Assembly (NCBI GenBank): GCA_050084515.1
Contig: CM114271.1
Coordinates: 44,392,001-44,456,000, forward strand
Direction of reading: 5' to 3'
DNA from: Blasia pusilla
Lineage: Eukaryota
DNA length: 64,000 bases
Of the stretch, positions 13,044 through 27,500 are shown one piece after another. The notes beneath the pieces were generated by a model. It saw only the letters and a program-made list of their open reading frames with translations. It did no database searches and had not been told where the DNA came from. Positions within the stretch are counted from its first letter, which is position 1. The number at the start of each line of letters is the position of its first letter. The position numbers were made by a program, and so were the translations under genes.

Positions 13044-14600
13044 TTAGGTTCGAAGCTGATTAACAACCGGGATATCGGTATCTTTAGAGGTTTGGCTTGG
13101 GCAACGAGGTATATAACAACATATTTCACATGAAATTCTAGCCATAGGATGATGTGAAGATCTAAGTCTAGCATGAAATAATACTGCGCACTCAACAGGT
13201 GCATCTTTCCACAAAAATTCAACATTGCACTTACACACAAGAATTTCAATATCGCCTATCTCAGGCCACCTTGTATCAGAGACCTCATATGAGGTAGGAG
13301 TCGAGAAGAAATTAGGCATCCCCCATTTTGCAACCATTTCCTTCAGGTCCCTTAGTTGGCGGCGATGCCAAGATGGGCTACGTGGCAACTGAGAACTGAA
13401 ACTATATTTGGATAACCACCGAAAGTAGAGCTGCTGGTCAGGTTGATCGGGTTGTGCTGTACGGAGCACATCAAGTTCATGACTAAGGACACATGTTTTG
13501 GATGAGGAAGAAAACGTTATGGATTGTGGCAACTCATGCATGATAAGGAGATTTGGTTTACATAAAGTGAAGACACTAAATAATTGCTTTACACAGCTGC
13601 GAATATAGTCAATGAAGGATGATTGTCCGCGAAAATATCCTCTCAGGTAGGGAAATAAGAAAGGGAATACCCCTGTTTCTATAGCTAATTGTTCATCAAG
13701 AGATACACCATTCCTGTCACAGAGGAATTGCTCTCTATAGTGTGTCGAATTGCGCAAAATATCCTCCCACTATGAAAAATATCATATGACTACCACTTCT
13801 TAATGGGCAAGGAGTACTGAACATCCTGTAGTACGTTAAGTTCTGTACTATAGGGGGCGCTTGACATGCTATGTGTGAGTTGCCTCTTTTCTTGTGAGGC
13901 TTGAAGATTCTTCTGAACTAACGAAGAAGGAAGTATAACTAAGCCACATGTAAGGTCAGGGAGTTCAATTAGGGGCATGTATTCTAAGTAAAAGTCGTTA
14001 ATATGTAGGTTCACTAATAGAACTTGTCTGACCTTCCTATACAGGTATTCAGTAGTATTAGAAGAAGGTGAATGTTGTCCCCAGCCAACCAGCGTGCAAC
14101 CAATCAGAGAACTTACTTCAGAAAATCCCCTATGAAAACCATTATACTTTGTTTCAATTCCCAGCCTGCAGTTTACAAAAGAGAGTAGTTGCAGATGAAG
14201 TGGATTTACAACGAGTAAGTCTCGCATATACACAAGTGCCATGTATACGTACATTATACGTGGTGTGACCTCCATCCTTTATATAGGCTTGGCATGCGTA
14301 AAATTTCCCATGGGAAGGTATTATCCACTCGGCCATGTATCCGTTGCATAAAGCATATGGAGGGTAGCTTTCTATAGTGAGCAGAGTCATTTTCAAGTTA
14401 CCATTGTTGTATGAAATCGTCCCACAATAACCACAACACCTCATTTGTTTTGTGAGAGATGAACACTCAGCAATCCATTTTTCTTGTAGTGTACATATGA
14501 TTGGCCACACAGTTGCACTAGCATGTTGTCGTAATCTCTTGGAATTGGCTTGTCTGATTTTTTGCATGTGTTCTACACTTCTGCAGCCTGTGGCCATTAT
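13044..14600 (-). mobile_element. Helitron-like Rep (RepHel N-terminal) remnant
   Basis: ORF 13044-13757 has GVFPFLFP..RG and SPSWHRRQLRDLKEMVAKWGMPNFFST...WPEI...DAPVECA, typical of the Helitron Rep N-terminal region. Upstream Cys-rich ORF (CCGYCG). No helicase part visible. Confidence 0.7.
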
Positions 14601-15584
14601 GTAGTCTGATACCCCTCGCGTGCCTTTCTATGACAGACCGTGTCATAGCAAGTTTATTGTGTATAGTAGTACATACTAAGAAGATAATGCAAGATGTAGT
14701 GAGATGTAGGTGTGAAGCTGGGAAGGAGTACACAATGATAGCAAATATCCTTCAATGTTGGACTGATGGGGCGATAAATTTCTGATGTCGTATAGAATTT
14801 TTAATCACTGGATATCAAAAAGAATCTATACACGGCTTGCTGGAAGTGGTTTAGTACCCCAGAAGAAGTAGATGGTTACCATGAGGTAACTACTGTTGGA
14901 TGTACTGAATTAGTGGCAGTACTTCAGTATATCCATGGAGGAAACCCAAGTGGATTAAGGTAGACATTAGCAAGAGTTATGTGCGGTATACATGAATTGG
15001 CCAGATATGAACAGAAGGCTTACTTTTTGGAACAACGTATTGATATATTGTGTGGACTATATGTAACATCGATTCAGTTCTGTGTACAAATAAGGTGAAT
15101 CCAAAGGACTACGTTCTATATAGCCAATAGTTCTACCTGATTGTAGAAGCTTAGGATTCTTGAACTATGGTAATGAGGAATGAAATCTTCTGCTGCATGT
15201 GCACGAAAAGCTGGAGTACAGTTAATGTGGTATCTGTGGAATCGAGTAGAGTAAGACAAAGGACATTATATCCAAGAAGTTACTCCGCTTTATAAGGTCT
15301 ATATTGCTCTATGTAGAATTCACCTAAGTGTGTCATAGCAGACAACAATGTCATCGGTTCATGTATACATAAGTGGAGTTGAAGTTTCTCAGCTTGTAAG
15401 TTGTCTAATAGGTTTGGGGATAGTATAATTGAAAAGTTGTGATTTTAGATCAACTTTGATATAATAGATCAAACTATGAAAGTTGATCTATTATATGGTA
15501 ACACATAAGTAGTAGGCTGCCAGAAGTGCGGTAGATGGTTTATGAAGTATATGGTAAGAAATACATCTCTTGTGCAGAGAGGTT

Positions 15585-16820
15585 ATGCTGAAACTATCTG
15601 GCGGTGACGCTCTAACTGTTAATACAATCTCTAGGGTACTGAATGTGTTGAAAAGGTCCGTCCAAAGTTGTTGCAGTGCAAAGTAATGCGCAAGGGGTAT
15701 CCCAATCAGGTGAAGTATATGGTGTTGTAATGAGCTCCTTGATTGACCCTTGGAAGCACCGGATGAACACTTTATATGTTGAGCACTCAGAGTATATGAG
15801 AGTATCTCTGTCCTCCACTTGCTACCCCTTTCACCTCCTCCTCTCTATACACATCCGACCCTCGAGCACCCTCCAATCAGGGTGTAGGGGCTATGTCTAT
15901 GATCACAAGGCTATAAGAGGCACTAATGAATGAGGACAGTCTCTTTCTCGCTCAGTCCCAAGGATCTTTCAGGTCCAAGGGCACAATGTATCAGTTGTTG
16001 GTTAAAGATGAATTACAACGATACAGTGTGGAAGGTAAGCCCGAAAGTCGCAACAGAGTATAAGTGGAGGGGACTTGGTCACATAAAGCATTACAGGGAG
16101 GTTCTAAATAGTACTTTGTTGCGTGTGCAGTTTCAGTGAATGACTATAAAAATGGGAATGTGTTATCGATTGTTGAGTTACTGAACGTAGTCTTCTTCAG
16201 GGCATAAGCAACAGGAAAAATTTTGTATCCCGGGAGCATATGCTGAAATTGCTTAGCTGAAGACGTTGTAACTATTAACAAATTCACTAGGCTGAATGTG
16301 TTAGAAAGGTCCGCCCGAAGCCGCTGCACTGGAAAGTAATGCGCGACGTATATCCTAATCAGGTAAAGTATATGGTGTTGTAATGAGCTTGTTGAATGAC
16401 ACTTGGAAGCACCGAATCAGCACTTCACCTCTTTTTCCCTACACCCATCCGAATCTTGAACACTTTGCAATCAGGGTGCAGGGTTTATGCCCACGATCAC
16501 AAGGCTGTAATAGGCACTAATGAATTAGGACCGTCTCTTTTTCTCTCACTCCCATGGATCTTTCAGGTCCACGGGCAGAGTGTATCAATTGTTGGTTAAA
16601 GATGAACCAGAACGATACAGTGTAAGGTAAGCCCTGAAGTCCCGATAGAAGATATGTGGAGAGGACTTGGTCACATAAGCAGTACAGGGAGGCTTATGAA
16701 TAGTACTTTGTTGCGTGTGCAGTTTCAGTGAATGAGTAGAAAAATCTGAATGTGGTATGGACTGTTGAGTTACTGAACACTGTCTTCTTCAGGCCATAAG
16801 CAACAGGAAAAACTTGTACC
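15585..16820. repeat. Diverged tandem duplication (~0.6 kb x2)
   Basis: aaagtaatgcgc...aatcagg..aagtatatggtgttgtaatgagct at ~15680 and ~16333; tagtactttgttgcgtgtgcagtttcagtgaatga at ~16109 and ~16701. Confidence 0.85.
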
Positions 16821-19017
16821 CAGCATGCACTCCTACTAGCAGAAAGAAGACATGCAAAATTTTCTATGAATCCGATAGCAATAGTATAAAATAAATAGAC
16901 TAAGTTGACTGGAAGAAAACATACCTTAGGTGCTGATATCTACTGCGCTACACTTCTAGAACTTCAGCTACAACAACAAGATTAAAGTTAGTGGGATGGC
17001 AATGTTAGGAGTAACAATACCTTGTTCTACCGAGAAAGCATGAAATAACAACCACTAGTGCATGAATGTGTGCACGTATGCATAGCAATAGAGTAGATTG
17101 CAATACGTTGTGTGGAACAAAAGCAGCCTACCTTCACTTACCGGCTGTAGTGAACAAGACGGTCGACAGACGATGTAGACTATAAAGTCGAACAAGGCTT
17201 TGAGCGCAGAGAGCTTGAACCAGTGGTGAGTAGGAAGGACAGAAGAAAATGCTCAACTCGGAGGAAACTGAAAGGAGTGGCGGGCACGAATGCAAAATAG
17301 CAAGTATGGATTGCACAAATCTGTTTACTTGTAGACCCCACGCGAAGCTCACAAGATAAGACATAGCGATAGCCCGTCACTAGAATGAAAAAAAGTGAAG
17401 AGGAGTGCAAATAGAGATAGGAAAGGAACTGATCTGTAGCGGTCCCATATACAAGTAAGAGACATGTCCGGCTGCATTCAATTTGCGGCATCGCTCAGTG
17501 AACGGGGGAAGTAGTGAATCAATGTACTGTACGAAGCTCGTATGTCATAGGTGGCTCAGAAAATATATGTCGATCGCTACCATGAGGATTGTATACGATA
17601 TATACCTATCGGTGGTCTAGATGTGGGCTAAAATTGTGAAACTACAACAGCAAGCAAGAAGGTGAGTAATACAGGGAACTACTGCAGTATGTTGTGGTGG
17701 AAGTAGAAAAACTTGCATACAATGCAATTCGTCGGGAGACTGGGCTGCTAGGTGCTACAATGTGCAGGGCGCTGTTACACAAATAAAGACGCCCTAAATT
17801 CACGAACGACATTCAATCAATGAATTAAACTAGAGCTCTTGCAGAAAACGACAGGAGACATCGGCGACTATGCATACTCATTGGCCGAGAAGAAAGCAAG
17901 AAATGGAAGATCAGGTTAGTTGAGGAGAATTTTGCATTCCGTTGCCGCTCTAGGCAGATGCGGCAGCTAAAATTCGTTCAGAGCCCCGACGAGAATGGAA
18001 AGATTTTCAAAAACACTTCGATTCGGTTTTTTTCAGGAATGCAGAATCGTCGCCACACACTTCGCAACCTGCCCTGCGACACCATACCCATCATTTCACG
18101 TAACTTACATTCAATGTGGAAAACCTCGGGGTGTGAATCGTGATCTGTTCAATGCTCAAGATACAAACATAGTCAGATCTCAATGCCGCCCTGAAAACTC
18201 ATTCCAATCCAACCGTGTAGCAACCAGCACGTACATCAGTTTGCCACGTGGATGTACTCTCCTTTCTTTGCAGCAGCTAGCAACCAGTTCACTTGCCAAT
18301 CGTAAGGGCCGTAATTACAAACACTAAAACATGTTTGTGAAAAGAAGGAGAGGAAAGCTTGAAACATATCTCATCAAATATGAGGTAAGAAATGACAAAT
18401 TTCAAAAAAAATTTAATATGGAATTGGAATTTTCCTCCATGGGTTTATATTCTCATACAATAGTGTTTATAACAACCAAATAATAACCTTACATCATGAA
18501 GATCGTCACAAATGAGAGAACCCTATATTAAATAATATCTCTCTTATTGATAGAATGGCTTGATAATTAGGTCATTTCAATTCATGACCTCCCAAGAACA
18601 AAAAATAAGAACTTGTTGGAGTAGTTTCACCACACTTAAGTGTATAAATATGTTGGCATAAGCATCAGAAACTACGAGAGAAAAGTTATAATAAGTCTAC
18701 AAAAATTTGTGAAAAGATGCGTTGGTAAAACACTGTCATATGTAGGAAGGTAGTGATAGTGCATAAGGTTCATGATTGGATGTGTTACAATATGTGAAGT
18801 ATGGGGAGTTTTCTATTATGCAAGTTCTCAAAAAAAAATTCCTTTTTTTCCCCTATCTACACTTCTTATTTCTTCCCCTCTTCGTTTTTTTCTTTAACTT
18901 TCCTTGACATATTTTGAGATTTATTTACAAAATAAAGAGTAAATTTATAAACTATAGAGATAACTCACTTTATTATAAACATAAACCTCAAAAAAGAACA
19001 AGGAAAGGTAATATCAT

Positions 19018-19695
19018 TGTCGTGCACATACACATTGTTGCAAAACATACATGGCTATCACAAATCAAACACACAAATATTAGACCAACTCAATCATCCA
19101 TCAAATACAAACACAAAAGTAAGTTGTTACTAAAATATTCCCGATAAAATAGATGCAAATCTCACAAAACATGGCTCTCATCATCTCATGCATACATAAC
19201 ATCTTTATTTTTGGAAAATGGGGGTCATTTATAAGGCAAGGAGCACCATAGCCTTGCCTCATTCTGAAGAGGTTCAACAAAAACATAATGAGCTCAAAGA
19301 GCTCATTCTCCTCTCTCCCCAAGATCTCCACACATGACCTACGCATGCAAATCACCAGTCTTTATTCTATTGCTCGAACCAACCCCAGTCAACAAGAATT
19401 TTAGTCGGACCCTTATGTCTAATTTCAAATTGATTTTTTTTTAACTTGACCCTAAACTTACACTAGTGGTCAAGAGACGCTTTTCACAAATACCACGTAA
19501 GAGATCATATAATTGGGGAACTTACCCAAAATGATTAGTTCTTCAAATAGCCTCCAAATGGGCCTAAACCAATAGGGGATTTGCAATTTTAGGTCACCCT
19601 TCTCCTCGGTAGGTTATCCATGATCTACTAGACTCGACCTCTAGTCTCCATTGAAGCGTCATGCGACAACTTGCCCTTCCACTATAGATGTGACA
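19018..19695 (-). mobile_element. Solo A-B terminal unit (solo-LTR-like) of the split-repeat group
   Basis: Minus strand begins TGTCACA and ends GTGTATGTGCACGACA. Contains the A-like catttggaggctatttgaagaactaatcattttgggtaag and the B-like gggaatattttagta. Flanked by tcat / acat (3 of 4 match). Confidence 0.7.
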
Positions 19696-21769
19696 ACATC
19701 CTAAGAAGGAAAAGAAGCAAGGGTGAAAAAATGCCAAAAGGCTAACACAACAATCGATCTACCAAGCTACAAAAATCAAAAGCTTAAAACAAATCTGACA
19801 CAAACATTAGTGATTGGTCAGACATGAATGAAAGGTGAGATGAGCGGCCACTTAAACTCGACACAACAACACCAACACTTGCGCAAATTGTATTTCCAGC
19901 AAGATATATAATTAAAAAATTAGTAGTAACATCAGAGAATGGCTTACAAAAGGACAAGCTGATTACATTATTTCAAATTAGCTCATCCCTTCAAATAACG
20001 AAGAGAGAAGGGAGTGGAGGTTTTAGTACACAAATATGTGCTCGTCCTTGGTTATAATCCTTCTCTTTTAGGTTATTTGAAGGAGCAAGCTAATAATTCT
20101 CAAGAAATGGTAAACACGTGTTTTCAAAAACATCAAAGGATACACATAAATATCTAATAACTTCCACTATAAAAAGGATAAATCCATTATCTCTCTATCT
20201 TAACTTTTTGATCCTTGTTACATTACCCACAATTATGATTCCACAAAAATGGACCAATTTTTCCTTTAGACAAATGTGTATAAACATGGATTAGAAATGA
20301 GGTCAATACTTTTTGCTTGTGGTGGGAGATGGATGAGGGCTAAGGAAGGGAGTGGGGATGAGTGGATTCCAAGTCTTTGCTAAATATCTACACCTCCGTC
20401 TTATATAAATTCCCCTTGCACTTTATTTGAAAAGTTCAACCATTCACTCATGGTAAACATGTTACTACCATTACTTAACGAAAATTCGGAAGATCTTTTG
20501 AATGAATCCTTTTTGCCAAGAAGATGGCTACTATCTTACTTGTAGGAACTTTTAAATATATAAGAAAATTATCATACTGAAGAGTGGGTGTCAAAAGAAT
20601 TAATGATATAAAGTCAAAAGATTCTTATAATATTTCATTCATTACTTTCTTATGTGCTTAATGATAGGCTATATTCTATGTGCATAGAACTGATACTCTA
20701 CTACCATCATTTACCAAAAGTTAACTGATTTGTAAATGAAGTCCAGGCAGCTTTCATACTTATATAAGATGCAGACATATCAAATTGAATGTGTCCGCAA
20801 TTACCCAATCCAAGAGGAGATTCTTGGTCGCGATGGTGACTAGACCTCCGTGATAAAAAACTGACCACTTGATAATGGTCATCGCATGTGTAAATAATAT
20901 GATAAAATACTTCAGCATCCTTTATCCTGTTGAGTTGGCGGAGTACAACTCTCCTCCATTCAAATTGAGTTTGTGCAGTGTGCTCTAGGGCATTAAGTTT
21001 GTGTCATCTTCTCATCCATACACAGGTAGCTCAATCAACCCTGGAAATGGAGATCGACGGGTAGGTGACGTCTCTTTGGGGCCATTTACATCAAGAAGCA
21101 GCCACAACCTGCTAACCAGGATACTGCCAAGGTCGAATGCATATTTTAGGAAAGACATAAGAGCTGCACACCCAACCTACTAACTAACGAGCTCCCGGTC
21201 CAAATTCAGAAGGAATTCGTTTTGAAACCCATAAATTTCCAATGTATATACACGTCATCTTTGAAGAGTTAAGATGGAGCCAAATGAAACAGTTCAAGGA
21301 CATCTATACATGTAGACTCCACCTCTATATATATATATACAAGCTGCTGCGAGCTACCCACAACATGAATGGCCCCTAAAACCTGATCTACACAGATAAA
21401 CAAGCTGTTTATAGACATAATGGACCTTCACGCTCCAGATGTACATATTCTACCTTCCCACACCAACAAATCTCCATAATAATTTCAACTGAGGGTCCCT
21501 GCTCACTCAAGCGAATCTTTATAAACACTATATACAAGCCCACACTTTGGCAATACACTGACCCATGCATGTGTGCTCAATGAAAAAATGACTGCCGTTG
21601 ATTTTGAGTCTCATTCACTCTGAGTTGGTCATGTCTGCACAAATATAAAGTTAGTTAGGTGAATGGAAAACATTCTTTGGATGGACCGCAATAAAGTAGT
21701 CATTTTGCGCAAAAGAAGGCCCTCTTACCCTGGCCAAACTCTCCTGTTCTTCCCAAAAAGAAACGTTAC

Positions 21770-24552
21770 CTGCTTTTGCTGGCGTCTCTTCTTGGTCCTC
21801 AGCTGACTTAGCTCATCTCTGAGACGTGCTGCAGCAAGTGAATACAAACCCAGATTTATGGACTGGGGACTAGTCAACAACCTAGCATATCTAACTCTCA
21901 AGCTCCTCCAACTATGATATCCACTGAATGCGTGGCAAATTGCACAAAACACTATGAAATTCATTACACCATACCTGCATCACTGTAGCGCTCCTCAACA
22001 GCAGCCATCATCATGCTCCGGACAAGAACAAATTCTTCTGCTGCAGCGCATTCCTCTGCCTCAGGTCTGTGTAACAACGGCCCTCATGAGTAATGAAAAT
22101 CTACAAGTGCAAACACTCATCAATTTGAAGGAAGAGTACTCAAAAGAATTGGGAAATGAGTAAACTGTATCCGACCGAAAGATCTGTCAAAAGATACCTA
22201 TCAAGTTCTGTGAGTACTATTCCGACATTGACTCGCGAAATGCGAGAGGGAAGTCTCGCTGGGTCACTGACAATCCTGACCCCATCACCGTAAGCAAGGT
22301 CCTTATTGACTTGGATTGGGATCTGCAACAACTCCAAACAAAAAACGAGAAATGAGACTCTTAACCACCTGTGCCCTTACTTACCATAAAACGAATTTTC
22401 ATCTCCCCTCCCATTTGCTTACCAGTAAAGAAAGCTCGTTCGGCATCCTCCATTTTCAAACCAGACGAGTTGCCCACAACTCTACAACAGACACATAATT
22501 CACTTATTGGACGGAGCAAATAATTTTCAAACCTTGCATCGCACGGCTAGATTGATTGCATCAGATGGCCGGAGATCCAAAGACACCATCTTCTGCATCT
22601 CCTCCCCTATCTGCAATAACCAGGGATTTCATTGCCAAGCTCAATACCCAACTATTGACTTAACATCGCCAATATTCATAAACAGAGAGAAGACCAGGAA
22701 AAAAAGGCTGAATATTTGAGATTCACCTTCGTCACATAGATTCGTGCATAGTACGCTTCATGTACTCTCCGAGTTACTCGGACAAGTTTGGGCTACAGGG
22801 ACAAAGTCACAATTCAGTGGCCAGGTCAAGCAGTCACAAGACAAGTCATAATCTCTGATATATGATTCCAATTTAACAGCTGATTCAAAATTGGCTCATG
22901 GCTTCTTCTCAGCTGAAATCATCCATGGGATAGGCGAGTTACCTCGTAGCCCATTAGTTCAAGCATGTCCTTCATTACTTGGTATACAGTTGGCCTGGCC
23001 TGTGTAAGGAAGAGAAGCTCCACAAATTATTGCGATGGTGGAAGGACAGTTTGGCAAGACAGCTCTCAGTGACGCCTCTCTCAGTAATGTCGAGCAATGC
23101 AACAGACTGCAAACCACATAAAGATTTTGATGCATATTTTGATTTCTTTTAGAAAAAGCCTGACAAATTCTACAAAAAATCACTTGGTTTCACGTGGTCT
23201 TGATAAAAGACATACAACTTGAACGTTCCGGACTGCCTCCATGAGCATAGTGCTTGGCAATTCCACTGAAAGAAACAAGTAATCTTTCATCAGAAAAAAA
23301 TGGAATCTAGAAAAAAATTATTCAAAAAGCAGCCTATCATCTACGCAATACACAACCAAATGAGGATAGACAACTTTCAAGGGCGTGCTCCTCATGGTCA
23401 AGGACCCTCTGAAGAAGAAATGCCTACCAATGAAATTCGTGGCATCCGTGTAACGAAAGATTAGTTTCACATGAGAAACAGTAAGGGAAATCCACTTACG
23501 GACAATAATCGGCAACAACAAATCGCTGCCATCCTCAATCTTGAGTACAATGGCGGGTTGTGGAGCATAATCTGGAAGATGTCCTCCTTCTGGGTTGGTA
23601 TGGACGCATTTAACAAATCTTCCGTCTCGCATTTTGATGAGGAATCCTTCTGAACCACTCTTCACCTCCACTGCGCACAACCAAAGGAAAGAAAATTAAG
23701 GAGGTGCCCTTCAACGAACAAGACACCCACGTAAGCCTAAGGCGCGACAGATGTGAGCCCCGTCAGCGCACGGATCTAGACGTTCTCAAAAGCCTTAACT
23801 GCCTGATAAACAAAACGAAGTCGTTTCAGCACCACGGCTTCGGTTTGTTCTAGTACCGACATACAACACCATTAATTACGTAGGCCATGGGGGCAGTGTT
23901 GCCCAGGGACTCCTCCGAAGGGACCTTTCCTAGACCGACATTTTGCTACCCTCCCTCATAATCTGAAGGTTCCAAAACCGATAATACAATCTACTATCCG
24001 AGAATACGATGGACCTCAGGCTATCCGAGAACCACAACCTCTACACCTGGTTTGAGAAAAGACTATTGAGGGAATCTCACTCGCGTCAAAACATTCAGAC
24101 CAAGAAGGAAGATCGCTTCTTAATTAAGACAGGTAACAGCCATCCGTTTCCAATTTTTTCTCGAGAAGGGCTTCAAAACGAGGTTATATCTGTAGAGCAT
24201 TGAATAAACTGTCTACAAACGAAAACCAGCACATTCCTAATTTAGGTGTACAAAGACACCAAGCAGACTGTCGCGTCATCTCACCTGCTTCGACTACAGA
24301 CGAGTTGACATAGTCTTCGTCGTTTTCACTGAAGCCCTCGGCAGCAGAGCTGTTGTTATTGTTGAAAGACATACTCGAGTTGCACTGCGATGAACGGTTC
24401 TCCGTCCTTTCCCAACGCAACCATCCTCTCTGCTGCACCGACCTCCTACCCGCACCAAGTTTACATGGGCTCAACGAGACCAGACGCCCTTCCGTTCGCT
24501 TAGTATAAAAAGAGGCCGAGGGAGCCACTGCCGACTGCAAAACCACCGCCAT
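21770..24552 (-). CDS. BBD: Bifunctional nuclease (DUF151/DNase-RNase domain + C-terminal UVR), BBD1/BBD2-like; exons 24552-24285, 23670-23500, 23265-23216, 22999-22943, 22792-22727, 22610-22533, 22322-22198, 22066-21975, 21828-21770; last exon/stop uncertain
   Basis: GT-AG introns join in frame to give ...VVEAVEVKSGSEGFLIKMRDGRFVKCVHTNPEGGHLPDYAPQPAIVLKIEDGSDLLLPIIVLELPSTMLMEAVRNVQVARPTVYQVMKDM...VRVTRRVHEAYYARIY...DLRPSDAINLAVRCKIPIQVNKDLAYGDG...AAVEERYSDAARLRDEL, the plant BBD pattern. Confidence 0.92.
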
Positions 24553-27500
24553 CGCTCTCGAATTCCCCCACCCTGCTAAAAGTCGCTGCGAACCGACCAA
24601 TCAAGCCCACGGCCACTAAGCAAACTGATGAATGCGTCTCCTAAGAAGATGAATTGGAGAGTCCCTTCCTTCTTCACGTCCTCTCGGCACCTATCTTCCT
24701 CATCCCAGCAGACCAATAAGCGATCAATTGATCCTAGCGCCGATTGCGACTCCGCCCGTCTCCACTGTCTCAATTGCAGCCGTCGCTAAGCAGGGTACAA
24801 ATACGAAACGCACTTCAAAATCAGGCCGCGCTCGCTTGCTGGCGAAGGCTGCGCATTCCCTGAACACCCAACGCAACACTGTCGAGAGTCGATCTGCGAG
24901 ATACAGAATCGAAGAGAAGCAATCAATCAGATGTTTCGGGACGAAGCGTGCTGTACTTGTTGTCTCTCGCTTCTTGCGGTCTTGTGCGTTCCAGGACAAG
25001 GCGACCCCCGAACATGACGGGCGCTCGAGCCGGCCGGGAGGATAAAATTCCCTTTCCCCCGCCTATCGCTTTTCGCGAAGCCGGGCAGCCTGGAAACTAA
25101 AAAATAAATAATAGTAATAATAACAATAAAGAAAGTTTGGATAACTATAATAAAAATGCGAATACGCACGAAAACATTTGCACGAAATTACGATTTCGTT
25201 TGAACCCGAACTGGTAACCTTTACAATGAAATGAAACGATGAAGTCGAAGCTTTGTCTCGGGACGCCGACTTGCAGGCCACGTGTCGATAATGCTATGGA
25301 GCTCTGCCCGGAAATGCAGATCTGGTTCTTATCGGTGCCGGAATACAGGTGTGCCGTCGTCAGCTGAATATATGGCGGCACGTTCCGCTGGGTTTTCTTA
25401 CCGCCACTGTAAATATCTCGGGCATGCCACGGTCATGGGATGGTTTGAAAACTCCTGAGTCCCTCACCCGTCCATGTGAATGATGCCGATATGGATATGT
25501 GGAATGATTCGTTCAATCCGGGCTTGACCACCATACAATCTGAAGCGTCAATTAACTGCGGTCAAATTTTCAACCCTACATCCTCTAAAAGTACCTCAAC
25601 CCACCTGGCTATGGTTTTCACACCGGTCCGGAGGACCATGTGGATAGAGGTACTTTTAGGGGCAGTCCCCATGGAATATATGGCAAAGGTCTTGTCGAGA
25701 AATGGTTTGTCATTAGTTACAACGATTTTCTATTGCGCATAACGGATCTCCACAGCTTTGTAGCCTGTCCAAGCCAATGAGCTTTGTGGCGAGCTTAGGT
25801 TGTGGGAGACGTCAACGATAGAGGCCCATTTAGTGGTAGTCACATCTCTCTAGGTGTTGCTAATATTGTCTCTATTGTCGGTGTATACAGCCGATAGGGG
25901 GTTGCTCCATCTTCTTTTTCCGGGCTGGTTGTGGCCTTCACATACTCGACTCTTCGAGTCCCCCCTTTTTGGAATTCCGGATGGGTTTTCCATCACCCAC
26001 TTTTTTTATTGAGACGTCTTTTCCCTCTTTTGGGTCATAAGCCGAAGGCCTCGAACTTGGTTTGGCAAGATGGATGGTACTTTCAAGCTACTTCACCAAC
26101 GGTAATGCAAGGTGTAGCAGTTTCCAATGTCTTGAACTTCTTACATACCATTGGGCTCCATAACCAACGTCAGGCACTTTCATCTGCTGTAATGAAGGAA
26201 ATAGTACTAGGCAATTCTGTCCCCTCCGGCCTCATATCGGATCATGGTGCAAGTTGAGCTTATGCATGTGGGTCGGAAGTCAATTGTTTGAATAGTCAAC
26301 CATGTATCGAAATTCTATGAGATCTTGGAACAAGCTGCGGTCCTTCTCCAACCCAAGGATTTGCTTGATGATTCTACGCCATGATTTTTATAGCGTAGAA
26401 TGACCAAAGACCACTCTTTGGTCTGTGGAATCTCAATCGTCGAATCTTCATCGTAAACATCCTACGACCAATGAAAAGCTCCATAGGGAGTGCCCCTTAA
26501 AGGGCATGTCTAGTAGTCTACAAAGGGTGGAAAGAAAATTGACCGTAGTTACTTAACGCCGCAAATCACAATGCATAGTGGTAAAACCTTGGTTTGTATC
26601 GAGATCTTCCCATGAGTTGCTTTTCTTACAAATTCTAGTAATCGGTGTCTTGTGCTCCGCACGAGTGAAAGAAGCATGCCTTCTCATCTAGTTTAGTTAT
26701 ATAAAACTAAGGTATCGGAGGGGACATGTGTCAAAACCATATACAACCCCAAAGGATAGGTGTCGAGTAGAGAGATGTTTGTTACTCAAACCTCTATTGT
26801 TAATAATATTATAGATTCTAAATGAGTATAAACTTCTAAAAATATTGGTCCTTATCATCTAGCAAGAGGTAATTTTTTATAGATTATATTTCTTGTGGTG
26901 ATCGAATATTTTGCAGTTGCTTTCTTACATTATAATACAAACAAAAAACTGAATCTTAAACCAAAAGCACAAAAAATATGGAATTAAGATTGAGATGTAT
27001 GTGCATCCACGCCTCTTTATGTGGAAAAAAAGGAGGAAAATTCACAATTACTACGATGTGTCTCATGTGTATACATTTGAGGTATGTAGACTTGCCATGT
27101 GAAGGGTTGGAACGAAATTAGGATATAACACTTGGATGTGTCTTGTGTAGGGACTAGTAAGAATGCTTGTATGATGCATCAGCATAAAAACTTAAACATT
27201 AAAATGATGGAATTTGAAGAGTTTATTTTTATGCAATAATATCCGACAAATCTGCAAACACCTATACATAATTGCCTCATTCATATGAATTTTTTTGTTG
27301 TGTCTCTTATCAAAGGATAGTATGACATCCAATTTTGATTAAACACTTCCTTCTCTTTTCAGGATTTTTTGGCAAGTACCCATATTTTTATTTAAAATCA
27401 TTAATAGAATAATGATATATATGATATAAATTTTGGAGCTCACCTTCCCTAGATTAGACCCATCGTGGGATCCGTGATACAATGCGATTTACATTTATGG

